Virus record (IMG/VR): IMGVR_UViG_3300043395_003277
Coordinates: 21,450-85,449 of that record
DNA length: 64,000 bases
Source: a virus
Reading direction: 5' to 3' (one strand)
The notes under the pieces were generated by a model. That model saw only the letters and a program-made list of their open reading frames with translations. It had not been told where the DNA came from and did no database searches. Below, one piece after another: positions 20,050-29,789 of the stretch (position 1 is the stretch's first letter; the number at the start of each line of letters is the position of its first letter). The position numbers and the translations under genes were made by a program.

Positions 20050-21330
20050 ATGACTAAAAAACCTAAGCTCCTTTGGTGTGGTGACATTGTTGCCATGACG
20101 GGTTTTGCGCGGGTAACCGAAAACGTACTGAGCCGCATCAAGGATGATTTCGATATTGTTGTCCTTGGTCATAACTGGTGGGGTGATCCAAGCCCGCTGC
20201 AGGCTGAGTATTTAATGTACCCTTCGTCCAATCGATTCCAGCAGGCGCCGTTTGGTGAAGAACGCATTCGAGAAATTATTGAAAAAGAAAAGCCGGACGT
20301 TGTTTTTACCATTAATGATATGTGGATCATTAATGAGCAATACCGTCGTATTGAAGACCTTCACAAAGAAGGTCGGTTTAAATTTGTGGGTTATGCGCCC
20401 ATGGATTCTTATGCATGGACCGGCTGCCTTGCCGAAACAGCCAACAATTGGGATGCGGTCATCTCTTATACGGAATTTGGCGCTCACGAATTTATTCGTG
20501 GTGGTATCAATAAACCAATCGCTGTCGTGCCCCATGGTGTGACTTCTGGTCAGTTCCAACCCATGGATAAGCTGGAGGCTCGTAAGCGTCTTGGGTTGGA
20601 TCCAGATACTTTTATTGTGTTTAACGGTAATCGCAATCAATTCCGTAAACGGATTGATATCACCATTGATGCTTTTGCCAAGTTTGCTGTCGATAAACCT
20701 GACACTCGCCTTTACCTACACATGGGTATGAAGGACCAGGGCTGGGACATTATGGCGGTGTTTGCTCGTGCCATGCATCGTGTGGGACTTGATCCCAACA
20801 ATCGCATCATCCTTTCAACGAATACAGCGCAGCCGCCAAACGTATCTGTTGAAATGCTGAATGGCATTTATAACGCTGTTGATGTTGGCGTCAACACCTG
20901 CAAAGGAGAAGGCTGGGGTCTGGTTAACTTTGAACACGCTGCCTGTCGTGTAGCCCAGGTGGTGCCTGACCATACTTCCTGTAAGGAAATCTTTGATGGG
21001 TATGGTGAATTGATTCGTTGTGACCACGTTGATGTGGATACCAACTACTCCAGGGAGATGCCCTGTCCATCTATCGACCACCTGGCGGAGATCCTTACAG
21101 ACCTCTACAACGATCGGGAACGCCTCGACCAGGTCGCTCAGAAGTGCTACGACCGTGTGACCAGCCCGCAATACGACTGGAGTACGGTTGCTTCCCAGTT
21201 CGCTGGAATCTTTGAAGAAGTCCTGAAGGAACCTTCTCTGGTTGATACGCAAGTTGAGACTCAGGAGAAAAAGAAGAACAAGAAGAAAAAAGAACGTAAG
21301 GAGCGTCGGCTGGTAGGTGCCGTAAGCTAA
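20050..21330 (+). CDS. GT4-like glycosyltransferase
   Basis: TGFARV, PHGV, NRNQFRKRID, GEGWGLVNFEHAAC. Confidence 0.88.
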   Translation: MTKKPKLLWCGDIVAMTGFARVTENVLSRIKDDFDIVVLGHNWWGDPSPLQAEYLMYPSSNRFQQAPFGEERIREIIEKEKPDVVFTINDMWIINEQYRRIEDLHKEGRFKFVGYAPMDSYAWTGCLAETANNWDAVISYTEFGAHEFIRGGINKPIAVVPHGVTSGQFQPMDKLEARKRLGLDPDTFIVFNGNRNQFRKRIDITIDAFAKFAVDKPDTRLYLHMGMKDQGWDIMAVFARAMHRVGLDPNNRIILSTNTAQPPNVSVEMLNGIYNAVDVGVNTCKGEGWGLVNFEHAACRVAQVVPDHTSCKEIFDGYGELIRCDHVDVDTNYSREMPCPSIDHLAEILTDLYNDRERLDQVAQKCYDRVTSPQYDWSTVASQFAGIFEEVLKEPSLVDTQVETQEKKKNKKKKERKERRLVGAVS

Positions 21331-21353
21331 GGCGCGATGATCGCATGGGGAAT

Positions 21354-21379
21354 AGCCTCCGCTCTGCGGGGGCTTTTTT
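21354..21379 (+). terminator. Intrinsic terminator
   Basis: AGCCTCCGC-TCT-GCGGGGGCT followed by a T run. Confidence 0.85.
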
Positions 21380-21500
21380 CGTGCCCTTTTAGTCTCACCA
21401 GCACCACCTGAGACGCGTAATGGCTGCGGCATGCAGGTATCATCAGAAACTGACGCATGAAAAGTGATGATACGTCGTCTCTAAACCCCTATATGACGCA

Positions 21501-21637
21501 AATTACACTTTGAATGTAAAGTGTATGAAATTGCTTCACGTCGATAGAATGAGTCTCAAGTTGAGATACGTATTCTCAGGTTGATCTCATTTGAGAATCT
21601 CTGACAAATCAATACACTTTACATACAAAGTGTAATT
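21501..21637. repeat. 26-bp inverted repeat of self-palindromic sites
   Basis: 21501-21526 matches the reverse complement of 21612-21637 at 25/26; each is TACACTTT-N6-AAAGTGTA. Confidence 0.85.
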
Positions 21638-21691
21638 AGGCTCTAGTAAAAGAATAAACCATACGTATGATCAGTTTTTGGCGTTCCAGGG

Positions 21692-22057
21692 ATGCCTCGC
21701 ACCTATGAGCCACTACCACCCCTCTGGTACGTGGAGGAGCATCTTGCGTTATCTGATCGGTACCCAACGGGCTTGGAGTGGCGTCAAACCACAGGCAGGC
21801 ATGGTGTTGGCGAAATGGCTGGGAAACGCATGACAGGGAAGTCTTTTTATTTGGTCTCACTTTTCTCGCGTCGATACCAAGCGCATCGCCTGGTGTACTA
21901 CCTGCGTTCCGGAACTGATCCCGGTAGTGCAGATGTACTTCATGGTGATGACAACCCGGAGAAGGACAACCGCAAGGAACTGGTCTTATTCCACAGGAAA
22001 GATCAGTCTCATACAAGACGATCTAAATACCGATCGGATTACTGTTCTTTATTTTGA
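21692..22057 (+). CDS. HNH endonuclease-like protein
   Basis: TGLEW, GEMAG, YQAHRLVYYL..G.DP...VLH.DDN..KDN. Confidence 0.7.
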   Translation: MPRTYEPLPPLWYVEEHLALSDRYPTGLEWRQTTGRHGVGEMAGKRMTGKSFYLVSLFSRRYQAHRLVYYLRSGTDPGSADVLHGDDNPEKDNRKELVLFHRKDQSHTRRSKYRSDYCSLF

Positions 22058-22078
22058 CTTCAACTGACACTTTGTTAC

Positions 22079-22795
22079 ATGGCAAACCTTCCACAAAAAA
22101 CAATCAAACTTGCCCAGACCATTCCTTCTTTTTCTCATATTCCAAATATCGATTCTTTCTCCGATGAAGTTCTTGAACGACATGGTTACTACAAAGGATT
22201 TCCCTGCGCACATGACCATGTCATCCGTAACGCAACAGACCACTGGTGCTATCACTGCGCTGCAAAAATACGTGACAATATCTGTGGCTTTGATGTGAAC
22301 TATATGAATGCAAACTACAAACACAAATATGCTGACCTCTGGAGCAAAATACCTGTTGGCTATCTTGAAGACTGCTGGGAGGCCCCAAAACTCACAAAGA
22401 AACGTTTGTGCATGCCTTCGTATCGTTCTGCATATGCAACGCAAAATTCAGCAAACGTCACTGTTCACAAGATTGTTTATCAATGCGCATGGGGCGATAT
22501 TGGCGCTATGTTCGTAACACGCGTTTGTGGCAACAAAGATTGTTTAAATCCCCTACACTTAATCTCAAGCTGGAATAGGACGTTTCCTCCGGGTGTTATC
22601 AGTCCTTTTGACTATGAATTTAAACCAGAAAAACTGATGCAGTTTGCCAAGATTAAAAAATCAAAAGAGTTAAAAATTCTTCGAGAACGCAGTTATAAAC
22701 AGACGATTCAACATCCATTGGTGCATCGGAATTGTCCCGATTATGATGAGGAGTACAGGCAGTATTACAAAATAGAATGTCAAGACCAACCGTAG
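22079..22795 (+). CDS. His-Me-finger/zinc-binding protein (degenerate HNH-like)
   Basis: CAHDH..WCYHC; CWE..VHKIVY..VTRVCGNKDCLNPLHL. Confidence 0.6.
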   Translation: MANLPQKTIKLAQTIPSFSHIPNIDSFSDEVLERHGYYKGFPCAHDHVIRNATDHWCYHCAAKIRDNICGFDVNYMNANYKHKYADLWSKIPVGYLEDCWEAPKLTKKRLCMPSYRSAYATQNSANVTVHKIVYQCAWGDIGAMFVTRVCGNKDCLNPLHLISSWNRTFPPGVISPFDYEFKPEKLMQFAKIKKSKELKILRERSYKQTIQHPLVHRNCPDYDEEYRQYYKIECQDQP

Positions 22796-23523
22796 TTCAA
22801 TCTCAACGTACTCAAAAGAACCCATTAATGCTGGGATCTTTTAGTGCTACAGCGATTCGTTATCTACGTGGCTCTTTAGGTCCCAAGAATCAATTGGTTG
22901 GTTCTGCAGATACATGGGATCAATCTCGCGGTGGTTACGGTGGAGGTACATATAATCATTGGTTTAAAGTTAATATCACAACACCTGGTTGGATCATTGT
23001 TGCAAACGATTCACCCAGGCCTAACTATATCCAATTGTCTGCATATGACTTAAACCTGAAGCCGATTGAAAGCAGGGCAATTATTGATGAAGATTCAATC
23101 AAGGTGCAAAATGGAACCAGTGTCTATTATCCATATTTAAACGATATTTCTGCATCGCAAGCAAATCTGTACAACATATTTTCTTCCTTCCGATTGGACC
23201 GGGGAGATTCTCGCTATTACCCTTTGCCTGCAGGCAATTACTTGATCTGTGTTTCTAGCACCAGGAATGAACCGATTGATTACGCATTTGCTCTTGTTAT
23301 TGAGTTTCCAGCAAATGAAGGCTATTTCCAGGTTGAAGACTTTGAAGGCGGTTTGTTTTTAGCAGAAGACGGAACTAGGATTCTTTTGGATCCTGCCGAT
23401 CCCTTTTACTTTGATTCCAATCACGATCATTCTCTGTCAGAATGGAAGGAAGTGTGGAGCGCCTCTCACCAGGATACCGATAAATTCCCCAGTGTTTTAG
23501 TTCCTTTAGCTAACCGAGCATGA
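22777..23523 (+). CDS. Hypothetical beta-rich protein
   Basis: 248-aa ORF (NHWFKV, LPAGNYLICVSS). Confidence 0.55.
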   Translation: MSRPTVVQSQRTQKNPLMLGSFSATAIRYLRGSLGPKNQLVGSADTWDQSRGGYGGGTYNHWFKVNITTPGWIIVANDSPRPNYIQLSAYDLNLKPIESRAIIDEDSIKVQNGTSVYYPYLNDISASQANLYNIFSSFRLDRGDSRYYPLPAGNYLICVSSTRNEPIDYAFALVIEFPANEGYFQVEDFEGGLFLAEDGTRILLDPADPFYFDSNHDHSLSEWKEVWSASHQDTDKFPSVLVPLANRA

Positions 23524-23636
23524 TCAAATTTATCTTAAGACTGTTCTCTCGTACGTCTTCTCATAAAAAGTTTAACTGGAACGAGTATTGCTCCAAGCAT
23601 CCGCACGAATGCGGTTGTCGTATTTACGATCTTTAA
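23520..23636 (+). CDS. CP12 C-terminal-like mini-protein, 38 aa (not in ORF track)
   Basis: EYCSKHPHECGCRIYDL* matches CP12 C-x3-P-x4-C-R-x-Y-D; ATGA overlap with upstream stop. Confidence 0.65.
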   Translation: MIKFILRLFSRTSSHKKFNWNEYCSKHPHECGCRIYDL

Positions 23637-23686
23637 AGGTTTAAATATTACGTTTAACCCTAGAATATAAGAAAAGGATAAATCCA

Positions 23687-23851
23687 ATGGCCCACTTAAA
23701 TCAGTATTTTGAAGTTGCGCTTGCAATTCATGCAGCCTGCTCTGCTATTTGCGCACTTACTCCCACGCCTAAAGATGACTTGTTTGCTCGCAAACTCTAC
23801 CGTCTGATTGAGATTGGCGGCTTGGTGATTGGTCGTGCCAAAGAGCGCTGA
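23687..23851 (+). CDS. Small holin-like membrane protein, 54 aa (not in ORF track)
   Basis: Hydrophobic helix then LTPTPKDD; AGGA RBS; near the endolysin. Confidence 0.6.
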   Translation: MAHLNQYFEVALAIHAACSAICALTPTPKDDLFARKLYRLIEIGGLVIGRAKER

Positions 23852-24013
23852 TTAATTAGGTAACGCTTGGAACCAAAATACGGTTCCATCATTTTTTTCT
23901 ACCCATTCCCTTGTTGCGTAAGCCTGTTCTTTTGACAGGGTTACGCATTTTTTTTCGTCGCCTACTTCCCAGCAAATATTGACGCGTATATAAGGTTCTT
24001 TATACTTTTTCAT
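23852..24013 (-). CDS. Hypothetical protein, 53 aa
   Basis: MKKYKEPYIRVNICWEVG...; starts right after the endolysin stop. Confidence 0.5.
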   Translation of the reverse strand: MKKYKEPYIRVNICWEVGDEKKCVTLSKEQAYATREWVEKNDGTVFWFQALPN

Positions 24014-24014
24014 C

Positions 24015-25040
24015 TTAATAATCCCATCTGACTTTTGGCCTTCCTGCTCTCATGCCAATATGAACAAATCCTTTTGGAGCGCCATAACCAAGAGAGTATG
24101 GCCAATTTTTGTCACACCATTCTTGCAATGTCCAGATATTGACACCTTCAATATAAAAATCAACTGCCCCCACATTTGGCGCTGAGTATAAATGCTCAGA
24201 ATTTGTTGCGCCCCCAACGGATGCATTAATCTTTGGAGGACGGTGTGCACTTGTAATAATTACAGGTTTATTGCCAAAATATGCACGTGCTTTTTCAATA
24301 AAACCACAAAGCTCTAATGCTGCATCACATTGGTACTGTTTGTTAAAGCGACGACCTTCTTGGTTGAGAGTTAATTCTCCATAGGAAATATGAGGAGTAA
24401 TTTTATAGAAAAATGGGCTCCAGGGATTGAATTTACTGACGGGTGCTGGTGTTGGTTGTGGTACTGGTGGCTTGTTTAGCACAAGCTCTCGATCCATGAT
24501 CTGCATTAGTTTTGATGCATAATCTGGATCAGTGGCATATCCTTCTACAACAAGAAGACGTGCGCATTCATTGCGATCTTTTGCACGATTCACACCCTTG
24601 AATTGACCAAAGTCTTTATACCAACGCTCAACCAGGTAACAAACACAGGTATAAAGATCAGGAAAATCAATAAATCCTGCTTTGATTGTGATCCACTTTC
24701 CGTTTAGAAATTCTTGTGTATTGACATTGGATCCATTTCCTTTTAATCCAAAATAGTTGTGTGTACCAGAAGTTGCCTTGCCCCAGCCTGATTCAAGCGC
24801 CCACTGTGCAGCAACAACTTCTGGAAATTTAGCTCCTGCTGCTTTGCCAGCTGATAGGACTCCGTTCCATGTATTGGTAAAAGTCTGTGTTTGAGGAGGT
24901 GTTTTTTCTTGATTACGATACTTTTTAGCAAAAAGATCCAGGTCTTCTTTTGTTATCTTTGACTGCAGCCAATTGAACGCATCGATTTGATGTGGTAATC
25001 CCTTGTAGTACTCAGCCGCCTCTACAAGCCTTATTGCCAT
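24015..25040 (-). CDS. Endolysin: GH73 glucosaminidase + M15A peptidase
   Basis: AQWALESGWG..NYFGLKG, GYATDPDY; ITSAHR..N..VGGA..SEH..AVD..FVHIG. Confidence 0.9.
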   Translation of the reverse strand: MAIRLVEAAEYYKGLPHQIDAFNWLQSKITKEDLDLFAKKYRNQEKTPPQTQTFTNTWNGVLSAGKAAGAKFPEVVAAQWALESGWGKATSGTHNYFGLKGNGSNVNTQEFLNGKWITIKAGFIDFPDLYTCVCYLVERWYKDFGQFKGVNRAKDRNECARLLVVEGYATDPDYASKLMQIMDRELVLNKPPVPQPTPAPVSKFNPWSPFFYKITPHISYGELTLNQEGRRFNKQYQCDAALELCGFIEKARAYFGNKPVIITSAHRPPKINASVGGATNSEHLYSAPNVGAVDFYIEGVNIWTLQEWCDKNWPYSLGYGAPKGFVHIGMRAGRPKVRWDY

Positions 25041-25086
25041 TACTTTAGAGCTGTTGTACTAACTCTAAATCAGGTCTATTAAATGT

Positions 25087-25584
25087 TTATTGGACGGTTA
25101 ATTTGTAAACTTTGTCAAGACTGCCGGCTGCCATTACGGATTCAAGTTCGGACGTTTCTTCTGTTGTTAGTGTTAACGCAATCATTAAAAGTGTAATACA
25201 CGCTTGGATTGCATTTTTGTTTGCCCTACCAGCTTTTGCATCTGATATGGCGGCAATAAATTCTGTACAACAAGTGTTCACGTTTAAGCTTTGAATTGCT
25301 TGTGCACGAATTGTTTGGTATACATTACTGATCAGAAGCGCGTCCCAAAAAGCGTAGTAATTGCATTGTGCCAACAGTTCTTCTTCTGTTGGAGTATGTT
25401 CAATTACAACTTCAATCCATTTATTTAGTTGATTGTCATATTGATAGGTTTTGCCGACTGCAAGTGCCTGCGGAACTGCAATGCAATTAGCTGGTGGTTG
25501 CCATTCTGACTGCCCATCCCACTTCGTAATGTTAATACAAACGTTGCTGCTATCAAGGATCGAATAAATCATTTTAATTACCAA
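25087..25584 (-). CDS. Tail fibre assembly-like protein
   Basis: WDGQSEWQPP motif; directly downstream of the fibre gene. Confidence 0.55.
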   Translation of the reverse strand: MVIKMIYSILDSSNVCINITKWDGQSEWQPPANCIAVPQALAVGKTYQYDNQLNKWIEVVIEHTPTEEELLAQCNYYAFWDALLISNVYQTIRAQAIQSLNVNTCCTEFIAAISDAKAGRANKNAIQACITLLMIALTLTTEETSELESVMAAGSLDKVYKLTVQ

Positions 25585-27911
25585 GAAGTAACACGAACAA
25601 AGCCATCGGTACCGTTACCGCCAGCACCAGAGTTAAAACCGTTTGGAGAAGCTCCGCCGCCACCACCACCAGCTCCAATGCCGGAACCATTAGCGCCTGC
25701 TTCTCCGCTTGAAGCGTAAGCTGTCCATGTTAGTGCACCAGACCAAGTAAGACCGTCTGTAGAGCCGTTGCCGATTGACGTAATGCCAGAGGATGGCGAT
25801 CCTGTTACTGTTGCTGAAGCAAAGAAATCAGTACCGTTATAAACCACCCCATCCCATCCTTGTGTTGTACCTGTAATACGTGCAGTCCATGTAATGCCAT
25901 CTGTACTACTTGAAATATATCCAGAGCCAACATGGATAAACTTAGATTCAGCGTAGATAATCTGTCCACCCTTAGTAGTTGAAATAGTGCCACTTACGGT
26001 AACACCTGTAGAACTCCAAGTTGTTCCTGTGTCTGTGCTATAACGAATGGAATTGTTATATGCCGCAACAATAGTACCTGCATTGTTTGATGCAATTCTG
26101 TAAAAAAGAAAACCAGTAGCATTGCCTCCTGATGTCCAAGTTGATGCATTAGTAGACGTATAGACTACTCCTGCGGATCCCCCTGTAGTAGTTCCGCCAG
26201 CAATCCAACGGGAACCATCGTAGATGATATCGTTAAAATTCCCTGCTGCTGTTCTTGCAGTCCAATTAACCAAGTCTGTTGATGTAACAATATAACTATT
26301 GTTCCCAACAACAACGTACGTTCCTCCGTTATAGGCTAATCTAATTGGCCCGCTAGCACCTAAATTTGTTTGTAATGTCCAATCAGAAAGATTGGTAGAA
26401 GTCCAAATTCCGTTACTAACAACATCATCTTCACTGTCGTAACCCTGAGCTAATGCAACCCACTTGGTGCCATCAAAAAGAATTGTTTTAAACTCAATGA
26501 TTGACCTGGTTGCATATACTGTCCAGGTGCTTAAATTTGTGCTAGCAATCAAATAACCAGCTGAACCTTGCATGACATACGTACTATTTCCATACGCCAA
26601 TGCTCTATAACCACCGTTAGCGCTTACACCACCATAAGATAAAACATTTAACTCTCGACAAAGACCACCGCGACCTCCTGTTGCAAATAAAGACTTACCT
26701 CCGCTACGCGTATAACCAAATACAGCACTACTGGTGCCAGTAGTTGTACTTCCTCCCCCCGCGCCACCTGGTCCTCCATACAAACTAAAGCCACCTGTAA
26801 CGCCAGCAAGGTTAGAATTAATATTAATCTCCGAGCCTCCTCCGGCGCCGCCGTTGTAATCGTATTGGCCGGCTGCAGAAAAAAGAGCCCACGCAAGGCC
26901 GCCTGTGGCTTGGGATGCGCCACCTCCACTAGCTCCGGCGTTCCCTCCTCCACCTCCATTCCCTGTGATATACGTACCAAAAAGACTAGTACCGCCGGAT
27001 GTTCCTGTATTACCACTGGTATCATTGACAGTTATTGCAGTTCCGCCTGCTCCGCCGGCGCCAACAGTAACGCTTACTGTTGAAGTTAATCCGGTTGCCA
27101 TAAATGTTTGTTGTAAATATCCACCACCACCGCCGCCGCCGCCTGCACTACGAGCAGTGTTGGTAGCACCTCGCCTGCCGCTTCCGCCACCACCGCCACC
27201 ACCCCAAATTTCGACTAAAACATACGTAACACCAGTAGGTTTATTCCATGTTCCATTAGATGTGAACTGCTGAACATTTACCGCTGTAGTACCATTTTGC
27301 CAACTTGGAGCACCGTTTGGACCATTGCTAGTAAACACTTGGCCGCTAGTACCATAATTTGCACCAGAAATACCAACAGCACCACTGGAATTAATACGTA
27401 GTTTTTCTGTGCCGCTTGTACTAATTGCTAACTCATTGGCAGCAGAACTATATAAACCTGTATCAACATCATTGCCTGCAATAATTGCTGGAGCACCGGC
27501 GGATCCTGCTCCGAGAACACGAACTTGACCAACTGAATCAACGACAACACGACTACTACCGCCAGTACTAATACCTAATTCATCAGTACCAGCCCCATAT
27601 AAACCAGGCGAAACACTTGCGCCTGTTCCAACTTGAAGCGAAGGAATTCCTGCTGTGCCAGCTGGTGATTTAACAATGGCACCAGAAACTTGAGTACTGA
27701 AATTTCCAGATGTAAAGTTTGCCGTTGTACCTGTTACTGTTACACCGGAAATAGTTGTACCGCCACGAATAACGTCACCAGAAATTGTGCCAGTAGCAGT
27801 GACGTTTCCAGTGAAGGTAGGATTTTTAACAAGACCAGAAATCGAAATATCTTTATCCGCTCCACCGTCTGTAAAGCTGATATTGTCAACTTTGATCCTA
27901 CCGTATGGCAT
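25578..27911 (-). CDS. Tail fibre with Gly-rich domain and BNR/propeller-like repeats
   Basis: DTGLYS..ANELAIST.G.E.LRI; FTSNGTW.KP..GGGGGG; repeated STD..TWT. Confidence 0.75.
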   Translation of the reverse strand: MPYGRIKVDNISFTDGGADKDISISGLVKNPTFTGNVTATGTISGDVIRGGTTISGVTVTGTTANFTSGNFSTQVSGAIVKSPAGTAGIPSLQVGTGASVSPGLYGAGTDELGISTGGSSRVVVDSVGQVRVLGAGSAGAPAIIAGNDVDTGLYSSAANELAISTSGTEKLRINSSGAVGISGANYGTSGQVFTSNGPNGAPSWQNGTTAVNVQQFTSNGTWNKPTGVTYVLVEIWGGGGGGGSGRRGATNTARSAGGGGGGGGYLQQTFMATGLTSTVSVTVGAGGAGGTAITVNDTSGNTGTSGGTSLFGTYITGNGGGGGNAGASGGGASQATGGLAWALFSAAGQYDYNGGAGGGSEININSNLAGVTGGFSLYGGPGGAGGGSTTTGTSSAVFGYTRSGGKSLFATGGRGGLCRELNVLSYGGVSANGGYRALAYGNSTYVMQGSAGYLIASTNLSTWTVYATRSIIEFKTILFDGTKWVALAQGYDSEDDVVSNGIWTSTNLSDWTLQTNLGASGPIRLAYNGGTYVVVGNNSYIVTSTDLVNWTARTAAGNFNDIIYDGSRWIAGGTTTGGSAGVVYTSTNASTWTSGGNATGFLFYRIASNNAGTIVAAYNNSIRYSTDTGTTWSSTGVTVSGTISTTKGGQIIYAESKFIHVGSGYISSSTDGITWTARITGTTQGWDGVVYNGTDFFASATVTGSPSSGITSIGNGSTDGLTWSGALTWTAYASSGEAGANGSGIGAGGGGGGASPNGFNSGAGGNGTDGFVRVTSW

Positions 27912-27951
27912 TGCTGTTACTCTTTGTCTTTGTTAATTTTAACTCAAAAAA

Positions 27952-29745
27952 TTAAGCCAAAATGATCAATGGCCCCTGGATCACAAAACCAGAGGTTCCA
28001 CCAGAGACCACACCAGAACAAACAATGGCAGGTGTTGCTCCAGATGGAGTTGTTACTGCAAGCGTACTTCCAGTAACACTTGTAAAAGCACCTGTTGCAC
28101 CGGTGACAGTTACGCCAGAAACAACAGTGCTGAAATTACCTGTTACAAAGTTGGCAGTAGTGCCTGTAACAGTAATTCCCGTTAAAGAAGTAAAGGCGCC
28201 CGATGCACCTGTTACCGTAACAAACTGAGCAGTTGTACCGGTAACCGTTGCGCCGGACAACAGTGTTGTATAAACACCTGTAACAAAGTTGGCGGTAGTA
28301 CCTGTTGTTGTTGTACCGGTTAATGATGTAAACGTACCGGTTGTAGCACTGACGGTAATAAAACGACCGTTCGTACCTGTGATCGTGGTACCACTAAGTG
28401 TCCCAGTAACCGTAACACCAGATTGGAATTGAGCATTGCCAATGGTGTTAGTATCACCAGAGAAGGTCAGTCCTCCACCGAATACCTGGTTAACAGCGGT
28501 GAGGTTGTCGAAAACACCACTGATCGCTCGAATAATATTGCCTGTAATTGTGGCGCCAGAAAGCTGAGTCGTGTAAACGCCTGATGCAAAATTAGCCGTT
28601 GTACCAGTGACGGTGACACCTGTAATGACGGTAAAGCTGCCACTAATGCCTGTATATGTTGTGAATTGGGCTGTGGTGCCGGTTACGGTTGCACCCGTAA
28701 TAACGGTAAAGCCGCCGCTGATTCCGGTATAGGTAGTAAATTGAGCCGTCGTTCCTGTTACGGTTGCACCAGAAACTCGGGTTGTAAATACACCAGAAAC
28801 ACCTGTTACGTTACTGAATCTTCCGGCATCTCCGGTAATAATTGCGCCAGAGACCTGGGCTGTGAAGACTCCGGTTACACCTGTTAAAGATGTAAAAACA
28901 CCCGTAGCACCTGTAACTGTAGTGCCACTGATTGTTCCAGTTACCGTTAAACCGGAGCTAATAGTACCTGAACCACCAACAACTAAGTTCCCACTGGAAT
29001 TAAGCGTACCCGTTGCTGTGATATTTCCACCAGCAATGATTGCGCCAGTAACAGTGAGATTGTTTTGTACTGACTGAGAAGTTGCCGTTAATGTGCTAAA
29101 AACACCAGTTGCACCGCTAACTGTTTGTCCTGTTACTGACGTAAAACGACCAATGTCTCCGGTGATGGTTGCACCAGACAAAGCAGTGGTAAAAACGCCA
29201 GACACACCGCTGATGTTTGCGCCTGAAATGCTCTGTCCTGTGATTGTTGTAAACCGTGCTGTTGTACCAGTGACGGTTGCACCAGATAACAACGTTGTGA
29301 AAACACCTGTTACACCGGTAACTGATTGAAAATTACCTGTTGTTGCATTGACTGTATTGCCTGTAACCGTTGCACCAGATACAACAGAACTAAAAGTACC
29401 CGTTGCAAATTGCGCAATACCTCCGCTTGCAGTACCGGTGACCGTCAGATTGTTTTGAACAGTGACACCACTGAAGGTAGCGCTGCCACTGGCAATGATT
29501 GCATTAAATGAGCTGGTACCGGAAGCAGTTAAGTTGCCTTGGACAGTGACATTGCCACTGAACGTAGCGTTCCCGCTGGGACTGACGTAGTAAAGATCTA
29601 AATAGTTTTTGAATTCTGTAAACGTAATTTTTTTGTTACGTAACGCTGGGTCAGCCTCAAAGACGTGAACCAGCGTCAGTACATCCGCTTCGTCAATAGA
29701 AGCGCCGTCAATTGACGGAAATTCAGTAATCTTTCTATTCGACAC
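27952..29745 (-). CDS. Thr/Gly-rich repetitive fibre (beta-solenoid-like)
   Basis: Many SGATVTGTT.xFT repeats; N-terminal RKITEFP. Confidence 0.7.
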   Translation of the reverse strand: MSNRKITEFPSIDGASIDEADVLTLVHVFEADPALRNKKITFTEFKNYLDLYYVSPSGNATFSGNVTVQGNLTASGTSSFNAIIASGSATFSGVTVQNNLTVTGTASGGIAQFATGTFSSVVSGATVTGNTVNATTGNFQSVTGVTGVFTTLLSGATVTGTTARFTTITGQSISGANISGVSGVFTTALSGATITGDIGRFTSVTGQTVSGATGVFSTLTATSQSVQNNLTVTGAIIAGGNITATGTLNSSGNLVVGGSGTISSGLTVTGTISGTTVTGATGVFTSLTGVTGVFTAQVSGAIITGDAGRFSNVTGVSGVFTTRVSGATVTGTTAQFTTYTGISGGFTVITGATVTGTTAQFTTYTGISGSFTVITGVTVTGTTANFASGVYTTQLSGATITGNIIRAISGVFDNLTAVNQVFGGGLTFSGDTNTIGNAQFQSGVTVTGTLSGTTITGTNGRFITVSATTGTFTSLTGTTTTGTTANFVTGVYTTLLSGATVTGTTAQFVTVTGASGAFTSLTGITVTGTTANFVTGNFSTVVSGVTVTGATGAFTSVTGSTLAVTTPSGATPAIVCSGVVSGGTSGFVIQGPLIILA

Positions 29746-29789
29746 CTATGCTAACAGCGCATTCTATCCCTTTATTATAAAGGGCTTAC

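Noticed and set aside
27962-29511. Multiple + strand Val/Pro/Thr- or Cys-rich ORFs
   Set aside because: Antisense artefacts of the repetitive fibre gene
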